A stretch of DNA of 64,000 nt, taken from assembly GCA_051294905.1 (NCBI GenBank), contig CM119383.1, positions 6,944,001 to 7,008,000 of the forward strand, read 5' to 3'. The notes under the pieces are model-generated. The model worked only from the letters and a program-made list of their open reading frames with translations, had not been told where the DNA came from and made no database searches. Source of the DNA: Botryllus schlosseri. Lineage: Eukaryota. The translations under genes were made by a program, and so were the position numbers. Every line of letters starts with the position of its first letter. Position 1 is the stretch's first letter. Below, piece by piece: positions 27,001 through 39,000 of this stretch.

Positions 27001-30000
27001 TGACATAATCTTAATTCTAATTCTGTGAAAAGTACAAATTCGAACTTTTTTCACTATATATGACGACGTAATGAATAGGAAAAGGACTTAGTCTTTTCAT
27101 CCTTGATGTTTATGCGGCATACACACCAACTCATGTAGCCACACATACACGCAATTTGGACAAGTGAGGTGCAGAAATAGCCTTGTAGGGCTTTTTAAGT
27201 CTTGCGCCACCCCTCCATTCTATCCCAGAAATGCTAAACAGGAAAGCCATGGATGCCAGTTTAACTGGAGTGGAATGGTGCTCGAATACCCGACGCTGAG
27301 CTTAATTATTGATTCGGCACCGTTTTAAATCCCGATTTAAACCTTGGTTATCTCGATCTCCGACAGAACGAGGACAACCCGAACGCTCACTTCGAACCCG
27401 TCATACAACTGCCCGACAAAGTCGAAACGGTGACCGGCGAGGAAGACGAAATGGTGGTCTACTCGCAACGCTGCAAGCTGTACCGATTCCACAAGGTACC
27501 GTGTTTTACTGCGGGTGGCTTTAACACGCCGATGTGAACGCGCACGTTTTTCTTGACCAGGATACAGCCGAATGGAAGGAACGGGGTCTCGGGGAGCTGA
27601 AGATTCTCAGGCACAAAGCCACCGGGAAGCTGAGAATCGTGATGAGGAGGGAACAAGTGTTGAAAGTAAGAGGAGTGATATCATGTCGTGTTACGGCTCT
27701 GTGTGCCAGGATGCGATTGAAGTAGTACAATCTTATTGTGCTCATAATATCGAGTATTATTAACTGATACTGTTACTGCCAGTGTTTTATTCGTCGGCGA
27801 TGAACAGACACTGGTTTATGGTGAGTGGAGTAGGTTGATAACAAAGTGGTACGTTTTTCAGAGCATCCACATAGGTTTTCATACTTGCACTTCATTGTGA
27901 ATATATTCTTCAATTGTATACTGTCTCTTTGAATATTTCAGAAACCGGTGTGTATATTTTGTTTCATACTGTAGCACAGCGGACGGTGTTGACACTTCGA
28001 ATTTTTTTTTTGCAGGTGTGCGCGAATCACTACATCCTGCCAAACATGAAACTACAAGTCGGCAAGTCTTCCGACAAAGCTCTATGGTGGCAAGCCATGG
28101 ACTTTTCGGAAGACGGGCAAGGCAAGCATGAAATTTTCACCGCAAGATTCAAGACCGTCGATGCCGCGAATGCTTTCCGAGACATGTTTGACGTCTGTAA
28201 GGTAAAACGGGGTAATTTTCATGCATCTATCCAGTAATGTCAGTAACGTTCTACATTTCGAAGTACACGAGTGAACTAGTTACTCGAATGGGTATGATTT
28301 AGGGCTGTTTCCACTTCTACTAGACAGTACTAGAATACTTACCCGATGACTAGGAAATCGCTTCTTCCACACGTATTTGAGTATGCATTCATAACATTAC
28401 TTCTACCTCGACTTGAGTTCGAACGAGGACTATTTTGACCACCCCTGGATCTATCTAAATGGCGCCCTACTTAACCAGCGTTAAACTGTCTTAAATCTCT
28501 CGATTTTTTTCAGACGATGATGCGTGATCCGGACGCAATGACGCCTAACCGCGTGAAAAACAAGGAGCTCAACGAAAAGGCGGAGAAAATGAAGAATGAA
28601 TTGCGGTTCTTCAAGGACAAATTTTCTCAGCCTTCGAAAATCGATTTCGACCACACCCTGACAGACGGTAAGCGAAATGAAATTGTCTGCAAGCAATGAG
28701 AATTTACAAGACTTGGATTTTAGAATCGAAAACGCCTCAACGGCCGATTGCGATAGGGAATTTAACGCCGCTGGTGGCGGAACACGCGTCTCAACAAGCC
28801 ACCGCAAACGATACCGAAACAAACCAGTAAATCTTAATTTTACTTTGTAAAAATCAAAGTAGCTACGTGTTTAATGGTACGTTTCACGTGTTCAGGACGT
28901 CGCGAAAGCCGAAATCTCTCTTTTCGGACAGCAAGGGATTCTCGTTTGAAATTAAGAAGTCTGAAGATAACGAATCGGGCGCCGGGCGCAGTCGTAAACA
29001 GACCGAGAGCTCCGACGACCCACAGGCAGAAAGCGCGGAAATTCATTTCGAACCCGTCGTGCAATTGCCGGATAAAGTCGAACTTGTCACTGGGGAGGAA
29101 GATGAACAGGTACGGGTGTATTGGGGAGGTGTTTTATACCTGACGATCCAAAATTTATCGAATCTGTGAATTTTAAAAAAAATTGAATGAAGTTTGGATT
29201 TCTTCAGATCCGAGTTGGATCCCAAATTGATCGTTGTGACCAAAATATTCGAAATCGAGTGCCCGACTCATAGAATGAGTCTTGTAAATTTGTGTACAGC
29301 AATGTGTACATTAGGGCTCTTCAAAAATGACTTTCTTTCTCAAATCGCACTGGCTACTTGATAAAATTGTTAGGTTACCTAATTTAAGCCTACACACCAA
29401 ATTTGGTTCAATTCCAACCAGTAGCCGCATTGCTACAGGAGAAGAAAGTTTCTATTTACTATATAAAAATGAATAACAAAAAATTTAAAAATTTTCTGTT
29501 CACCAGATGAAAGTGTTAGGTTGTCTATAGAAACGATGCTCACCAAATTTGGTTCAATTCCAACCAGTAAAAGCGGAGTTATTGCCGTCGGAAAATTTGG
29601 ATTATGAATAAAATAGTATTTACGGTGACCAATCCTTCAATTATCTATTATAATGGTGCCCACCGTAAATGCTATTTTATTCAAAAGTGGGTTGAATCGG
29701 ACGTTATGACTCGGACTTAGCACTACACCAGCCGACTACACGGACTTGACTCGGTGGTGAATCGAAAATGACTCGACTTGACTCGAGTCAATATTAAGTA
29801 CGATTGACTTGTGACTTGGTTACAACCCCGCCTATCAAACTGCTATCAAACAATCGTGTGTAACTCGCTTTTTCGATGCTGAATTTTCAACGCTATTGCC
29901 GCGCTGTTCAACCTTGACGATGAGCCTCACATGACGACTCTAATCTCTCGTTACCAAGGTCTTGTTTGCCAACCGCGCCAAACTTTACGCGTACCATCGA

Positions 30001-33000
30001 GAGACGAAGCAATGGAAAGAACGCGGCGTCGGCGACGTCAAGATTTTGCAGCATCTGACAAACTACAAAGTCAGGGCCGTGATGCGCCGGGATCAGGTCT
30101 GCGTTTTGTGTACCTTGAAAACGTGGATACGGACGTTGGGATGTGACGCGCTACATCTTTTTTTGCAGGTGTTCAAATTGTGCCTCAACCATTTGATAGT
30201 GCCGGAGCTGAAGTTGACATATAAAGATCCAGACGTGCCGAAAGTACTCTTGTGGACCGCGCGCGACTTTTCTGACACCGAGGAAGTGGACGGAGAGGTA
30301 TTGTCCGGTTTTTTGTTTCCTCAGTAGGGCAAGACAAGGTTAAGTACCTGGACCAGTGGTTCTCGACCTTTTCGAATACCGGGGCCGCATTTCAAACTTC
30401 AGAGTACATATGTAGCCGCATGAAAACACACTAGTAGGTGTGTTCCTCTAAACTATTTCTTGATCATACACCGAAGAAGGCTAAGCTGATGCAGCACAAG
30501 TTACGACCACGTTTACTCACGACCAAACCTTAACAGAACTACATGCATTACTAATGAAGGCAGGAACACAGGGAAACAATCAACGAGCACAAGTAATCAT
30601 TCGCAAACTGTTAAGTAATTCCACAACAGTAGGCTACTTATAACGAAATTTTAAAGGTAGATAGTCTACCACTGGATCTCATCATCCAGCTAATTCAAAA
30701 ACATGCACATAGACTTGTATGGATTCTATATCGGTTATTTTAGGATTGGTAGACACAGATTTTAAATTTTCTTCATTCTTTCCAGCTGCTACAATTTGCG
30801 TTACGGTTCAAATCCCCGGACACCGCTGCCTCTTTCAAAGACACTTGGGAAGAAGCCGCCAACGCAGGACGGAATGGCACGTTGATAGAGCCCGACGATG
30901 ATATCATCAACCTGTCGGTCGCGAGCGTGAACGTAACTAGCCCCGGACCGCGGGCGGTGAGTCCGGTCAGCCCGGTCAAACCAGCCACGTCTGCGTTCAG
31001 CTTTGCGAACGTGCCGAGTCCGTTTTCCGCTGCCAAGAAATCGCAGGAAGGGCCCGTCAAAGTTGGTGGTTTTGTTTTCGGTGAGTATCATCAAGAGTGT
31101 CTGAATGTTGGGCATAATTTACGATGTTTTTATCTGTGTGTTTTAAAATGTAGTGCGCACATACGTAACTGCATTTTGCGCAGTCGCTTCGAGCCCATGT
31201 TTATATCGGGTGTTTTTATTCATTTGTGCTTCTTCTGTACAGGCCAACCCGACTCCACGATATCTTCAACGCCGGTCGAGAAGAAATTTTCCTTTGACGT
31301 CAATAAACTCTCCTTTGCCTTCGGTGGTCAGCAGGTGTGAAGCGGTTGTATTTTTTCTTTTTCATCTTGTCATCATTTAGTAACTTGTCACACGATGTTT
31401 GAACTGGATTATAAAAAGTTGGAATTACTAAGAATCCGTGCGAGAGGGGAGAGTTTGGGAGATGTTGTCACATACGTGGTTTGATGTCTTAACGCTGCAC
31501 GCTTGTTATGTTGTCTTTCTTTCAAGCCTTGTACCATCAATTTCATCGGTTCTTATTTCCTCCATGTTTTGACGCGCAGTCCAGAATCTCAGAAATACTA
31601 ATAGAATCAAGAATCTATACGAAAATATTTTCCTTGCCATTCAGAGTCCTGCCCTCAAACCCAAAGACTCACCTTTTGCACTTAACACCCCGACAACAAA
31701 ACCGAATAGGGGGACCACCGACGACAGCGGCGCCAGTAACTTGTTTGTAACGGCCAACGATTTCACCGTGTCGCAAACGCCCCCTCCATTCGGCAACCAA
31801 AAGGAAGCCGCAAAATCTGGTTTTGTGTTCGGGGGCGGAAGCGGCGCGTTGTCGAAAGAGTACAAGCAGTCGCCTTTGGTCACTGGCGGTGCCAAGGCGA
31901 GCATTTTTTCGGCGCAGGTAATAATGTCTTTCGTCAATCTCGATTTCTTGTTTAGAAATAGCCGGTTTTAGCTTGTGGACAGTAGCCATTTCCATTTTCC
32001 TAAACTCGACCCGGGATTAATGACCTTGTAAAGAATGAATGTAATCTGGATACTATATATCTATATATATATGCTACCAAGTTAAATTTGGAAAAGAAAC
32101 TTTACTCTTTTTCAATCTATTCATCTTATCACACTGTCCTGTCATCGTACATGAATTCTGACAGTATAAACACTGTTCAGACCGGGTCCACATTCCAATT
32201 CAAGCCTCCAACGGAAGTCGGTGGCGAAACAGAGGAAGGTTAGACAAATTATTTTTATTCTCTTACATCGTGACGTGTATTTCTCACTCCGCGGTCTCTA
32301 TTTCAACAGCTACCGCGGAAGACGACGACGTGGTTTTCGTATCCGAACGTTTGCCACCTAGTGAGCTTGTGAAAAAGGCAGAGGACTTGCTGCTGCCGAA
32401 ATGCTTCTTCCTCTTTGAACTGGACGATAATCCAGGTTGGTTGGTTGATTGGTTGGTTGAGTTTCAGGTGACATTTGGACCAAGGTAAAATAGCTATTTT
32501 GAATGCATTCGAAATAATGCACTTTTATCTGTCGGTATAACATTCGCAGAGTTGGATACTCAAAAGAGATAGGTCTACAGCAAATTCAAGTTTAGTCAAA
32601 TCTGGGCTAGCCGTTGTATGCCTCTGTCGTTCTAGTCTTGTTTCCACCTTCCGATTTCCATGCCAATCACTTCTTTTTAGGATTTTCTTTGAGACGATAG
32701 GTCTAATTCAAAATGTGAGAAAATTTTTGCCAAAGCACAATTAATCCACCGATCTGAGATTCGTCCCGTCACTAGTTTGGTGTAATTTAGTATATGTCGT
32801 TGTTAAGAAATTTGAAGTCTTACGGGCAATTGCTTTAGACTTTGATGAAGCTGGCTTTGACGCGGAAGAAGAAAGAATATTCAAATATCTCGACGACCGA
32901 GACTCCGGTAAATTGACCACGGAAAAAACGAAACCGGACCCAGAAAAAAATGGTAAAGTAACTTTGAGTGGAGCACGTTTGAAATTCTTTATTCCCCCGA

Positions 33001-36000
33001 TGATTTTATTACAGAAGAAACGACCGAGAACAGCAAAAACGACGGGGAAAGCACTTTTGGTTCCGCGTCGGCGACCGGTCTGGTCTCGTTTGCGAGTCTG
33101 GCGACAGACCCGGGGTCCGCGGCCAGTAAATTGGCGGGTGGCATTTCGCAGGGTCTCATGTTTGGCGGTAATACGGACGACACGGCGTCTTTTGCGGAGC
33201 TCGCGTCCGGGGTGCAGAACGTCGGTTTCCGGAAGGATCCCAATGTGAGTGAAGACGGGGCTGTTTAAAAAAAACTTTTCCTTCAGATTTCACTTGTTTT
33301 GAATAATTGAAAAAGAAAAAGTTGACTTTCGATATTTTTCTGTCAACCTCATAAAATTGTTAGGCTGTCAGTAAAGATGATGCACACCAAATTTGGCTCA
33401 ATTCCAACCATTAAAAGCGATGTTATTGCGGTAGAGAAATTTGGATTTGAATAAAATAGTATTTACGGTGACCAACTCTTTAATTATTTATTATAAAATG
33501 ATGGAACTAGAAATTTTTCTACCGCAATAACCTCACTTCTAGTGGTTGGAATTATGCCAAATTTAGTATGCTTCATCTTTACAGACAGCCTAACAATTTT
33601 ATGGGGTCGGCAGATTTTCAATGATAAATTCACAACTTTCCACTGCTCTGAAGAGTAATAGCTGGACTTATCCTAAAGTTTCTTGCAAATATTGATTGCT
33701 TTAAATTGCTTATTTCTCACTTCAATACAGTAGTTTTTTCTGTAAAACGGGCAAACATGGTACCTTCAAGTGTTTGAGATTCAATAAACCTTCAAAATTT
33801 TGAAATTATGCGCAAATTGATTCTAGTTGATACAAACCATCGATAATGCTAATTTTGTGAACAATTTCCTTTCAACTACTGCCTTTGATAATTATATCTA
33901 CTTTCCCCCTCGATTACTCTCTCGCCTTGCAAAAACAAGAGGTACTTTGGTATCTGCATGGTTCATGCAAAGTTGCTGCCATTCAGGCTATCAATGTCAC
34001 CCACTAATTCGCTGCACCTGACACGACCTGTACTGCATGCCTCATGAAATCTTAATCGCCGACTTGATGATTGATTGATCAGAGAGGATGGCAGACGTGG
34101 AATATTCCGTTTAGGCTGGTTCTGTTTCGTTATTATTATAATTATCATAATAATTTTAAAACAACATAAGATTGTGATGCAATGAAAAGATAGGAAGGTG
34201 TCTAAACCCCTTGGAGTAGTCTTTCAATCAGACACCGACCTTGGCCTAGAGAATGTTTGTAGGAACTGTTGTAATAACTGAATGAATACTGTGGACTGTC
34301 AGTGAAACAAATGAGCTAGCGTATGTTGCACGGTTTCTCCTTGGAAAGATTGTTTAACCGATTGGCGCCGGCTGCAATTTTCGAAAAATTTTACTTCAAT
34401 GTTCAAAGTCGAAAATCTGTACCTTAATGGGATTGGAACACGTCAAACAAGATGTCATTCGCTTCAGAATTTCAACGCGCATCCGATTGCGCCACTCAAA
34501 TCATTTCGAGCACTGTGTCTGGCCACTTATATCAAGAGCAAGCCGAGAGTTCGTTGATGAGAAACGTATTACATTTACTGTACTCTTTATAAACCTTAAC
34601 ATGGATATCTGGTGACATAGGCTTCTTGTGAATCATATCGGCGAGGAAATCATGATTATGGAGATGGCTCAGTCGATCTAATACGCCCTAATATCGCCAT
34701 TATCCAATAGATACAATATTGGCGGTTTGCACAATAAACACGCGCCAGGCCGCAGAGTGAATGAGTCATCGGCGAGTGAGCGAGTGACCGCGTGTATTTA
34801 TTAGGTAGAGTAGCCTTCCTGGGCATTTACAAAGCTTATAGAGCACGTAAATGGGTCACTTTAGTATTGATAAACGGAGATTGTCAAGACCTAACCATAA
34901 GGACAAACCACAAACGCATATCTTACTACTACGTAAGGTTTATGACGTTAGTTGGTAGCACTTCATACAGACATGATACACACGTTTGCGGGGAATACAC
35001 AGCGTGTAGAATTGGTCTTGTTGCGATACATACATCACTATTAGCTGTTAGTCTGATGTAGATATAATCTTATGGGCATGTACTCTCCACAGAAACAATC
35101 TAAGAATGTCTACTACCGATAAAATTCAGGATATAACACTATGTTACAGATATTCGTCCCTGCGTTTGACACTAGTGTGGTAGTCTGCAGGAATTCTCTT
35201 CACGATTTTTAGAAGCGGCCTTGGGGTGACATAGGCATAACTAATGTTGTTTATTTTGGCCTTGAAGGTGGAGATTGGCTAGTTCTATTGAAAGAGACAA
35301 TCCGTAAATGCCTTTCATTACTACAACGAACGATATATATCGTTATACGACAGCTCTTTGTATATCCAGATGAACACTTTTACGTAGGTATATGCGCTGA
35401 GTAATATTGTATTTATTCCGAATTATACTTGACTATTAGCCATTATTTAGAATTGTATAGGCAGCAACTATTCACAGACACAATCTATGAAGGTATATCA
35501 CTATTAGAACTCGATACATATCCCGTTTTGTGACCAGTATTCATCCATCTGCTTGAAGCTGGTACGGTAGGCTGCGAGAATTCTCTTCCCGGTTTTCAAA
35601 TGCAACCTTGAGCGATGCAGACATAACTAGTATAGTTGTTTTAGCAAGAAAATCAGAAGCTGACAAGCACTATTCATAGAAACAAACTACAACAACTGGC
35701 TATGACGAATAAAACCAAATATACGATAGGGTATATGATGGGTATCGGGAACGCGCATTTCCGCGAAATGATGCGGTCGGCGGATATCTTTGTCACGCGG
35801 ATTTATAGATTTATAACACCTTATATGTAACTAATATCAGATACGAAGATATGTGTGAACTTGTATGGACACTAGCTTTTCACAGAAAGAAACAACTATG
35901 CTCTAAGACGGCTAGAACAAAACATACAGTACGTTATCTGAGAGTGGTCAATGACGCGCGTGTTGCCGAGACAGTGTATTTTGCAACATATTTATCTACG

Positions 36001-39000
36001 GTATTTGATATCCGATTTCGACGTCTTAGATATAATATATATCAAATAATATGGTATCAATGAACTTGCACAAACAATATCTATCCGCAGACATGAACAG
36101 CAGCGACCTAGCACGATTAGAACGGGATATATAGTGGTTCTAATACAGTACGCTTCCCTCTAACGGCAATGGGTAAAAATACCCACGCCGGCGGGAGACG
36201 GTTAAGAGCATGCATTCATTGTTTTGTCGTAAATTACAGTTCAAGTTCCCCGGGGCCGGTCAAGTCATGTTCCAGACGCAAGAAGCTCCTGACGATGCGG
36301 ACGAAAGTGACCCGACAAAGTATCAGTGCCAGACAGAGTTCAAACCCGTGCTCGAAGAATTACCGGCTTTGGTCGAGGTGAAAACCGGAGAAGAAGGCGA
36401 AGAGGTAATCCCTTGATGTTGTTTTCATTGGACGGTTTCTGCTGCAGGGTGCTAATTATTAATCCTCATGTTAATTAGGTCATGTGGTGAAGTAAGCCTA
36501 TTATACAGGTGATGATAGATATTCACTACAGGTATAGAGGAATGAACTTTGTCTGCAAAAGCAGTATGTAATGTAACACGACTGCGACCCATGTAGTGAG
36601 ATGACCTCGGACTTTGAGATCTGCTTTCTGGTCACCAGCGAATTCCACATGTTTAATTCTGCACTAGGTCAATTTGGCATTCGAAATGTAATTGCTAGGC
36701 TATTTTGAAAGCGATGTATCAATATTGAATTATTAGATTCGAAAATGAATGTTTCGCCAAACATGACTGTGAATTGTGATATGTGGCACTTGGCGAATTT
36801 GGCACTTGATATGTATGTATTAATATCTTAAGGTTAGGAGCAATGTTCCCTCTAATTTTTGACGGGTCTGCGCGCACTCACCAACTTGCTGCGCAGATCC
36901 TTGAGCAACAGTGCGTAACGACTAAAAAAAGGATCATCACTTCGGATTTTTTGTGCGCTACTTGGATTTTCTGTGCGCAGAGACCGTGTCAGCACTGCGC
37001 ATTTGCGCACGTGCACAGCTTAGAGCAGGGGTTCTCAACCTGGGGGGCGTGAAACATCTGAAGGGGGGCGCGAAGAAGCAGTCACCTGAAAAATTTTTTC
37101 GCGCTCTGCGCGATTTACCTGCAATGCACGCGTGTTTCTCTCTATATAGACTCAATTTCATATATTTTTATTCTCTCATCAACATTCATAACCGTCCATA
37201 CCACCAAACAATCTGTTGGGGTTGCTAGCATCCCAGTTGGATTTTGTGATATGACGATAAGGGGGCGCGAAATTTTTCACTATCTAAAAGGAGGGCGTGT
37301 CTAAAAAAAGGTTGAGAACCACTGGCTTAGAGGGAACATTGGTTAGGAGTTAAGTTAGGGTTAGGTCTAGGAATTTGGGGTTGAATTCTCCAAGTATTAA
37401 ATTTATTGGTAACCATCATGATATCGCCATATCGTTCGAACCTGGTAAGTTTATAAGGTAACCAGCTATATGATATTAAAAGAAGCTCCTGCGATCTTGC
37501 AGTCAAGGTCCTTAGTCTTGACTGCTACACAATTAATACCCGTGGCATTGGTGACATATTAAACTCGAATGACACGTCATCAGTGAAAATTCCAGCTCAT
37601 TTGCCCCTTTCGCTTGTGTAACGGAATACTGTTTTCCGGCACCTTGCGATGTCTCTGCGCTGGAACGCAAACATCATTTTTACCCTGTGTCATTATGCAA
37701 TTGTTTTACACTGGTAAACTTTTTCTCTTCAGGTTTTATTCAAGGAAAGATGCAAACTTTTCCGTTTCGATCCCGACGCTAAAGCCTTCAAAGAACGCGG
37801 TGTCGGGGAGATTAAAATTTTACGAAACGACGCGCACAAGCTGCACCGCGTCGTTATGAGACGAGACCAAGTAAATATGATTTTTTTAACCCTGCGGTAC
37901 AGTGGTCGGATTCAGCCGGTTTCAAGGAACTGCCTTGTGAAGTTTTGGGAGATCGGCGAACCTGTTAGAATTACTGGTTAATGTCAACAACTTTTGGTAA
38001 CAGAAATTCTGGCAAATATGATATTTGTGATAGAACCGGCTGACAAAAACTTTGAATCCACCACTGGTTAGGTTATTGGTATGGTTTTATCCTTGCAAAG
38101 CAAAACTTTTCAGTTTTGCGACTCAATGATATGTTTCTATGGATCCCCACACCCATGTTCAAATTTGGGGATGGACATGTCATGTATCTTCCTCTGTAAA
38201 AGAGAGGTCTTGGAGATGGTAGTTGATAGGAATCAGCAACAAGAAAGCTTCCCCGAAATTTCCAAGCAGTACAGAAAGTATATAGGTAGGCTACCATTGT
38301 CGGTAGTAAACTGGCAGAAAGCAGTTGGTGTGATCACATCGTATTTTTGCCAAAACTTGAGCGGTAATCGTGATTAATGAGGCATATAATTGGCATTTTA
38401 ATAGCATTTATGAAGGCTATGTGAATTGCCCTGTGAATTAGTCGTGTTTTTTTTTGAAAAGATGACAGTCTGAAATCATTGTACAACCGAAACCTCCTGT
38501 CTGGGTGGCGCAAATCATGTATTTGGGTATTGAGAAACGCTGTGAATTGCTTTGAAACTAATAACACGTTGTTTGATCACTAAAACGGAAAGAGAAATTT
38601 TGTGAGCACATCAACGCATGGTTACTGAATGGTTGTAAACGTTGGGAATCTTGAGTGATTTAAAAGCCGTGTTTTTATAGTACTCGAAATAGTTTTGCCA
38701 AAGTTTTTTACGTCGCATACTCTGATGGAAGAAAAGCGTTAATCAACAATATTTTCAGATTTTCAAAGTTTGTACGAATCATGTGATCAACGATGATACC
38801 GACCCGCAATTTCATCTCGGAAATTCGAAAGCCTGCTCCTACTTTATCATGGACTACACAGGTGGGCAGATCTTCATCATTTTACACGGGGAGTCGTAAT
38901 TATACCGACGGTACACCGTGTTTCTTGGCATTCCGCACCTTGTCGATACACAAGTGTTGATACTCGAAAGACTTCGGGGTCGCTGTAACATGCATATACA

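Noticed and set aside
34380-34790. Possible transposase or retroelement coding remnant
   Set aside because: Short stop-interrupted frames with no motif I can recognise.
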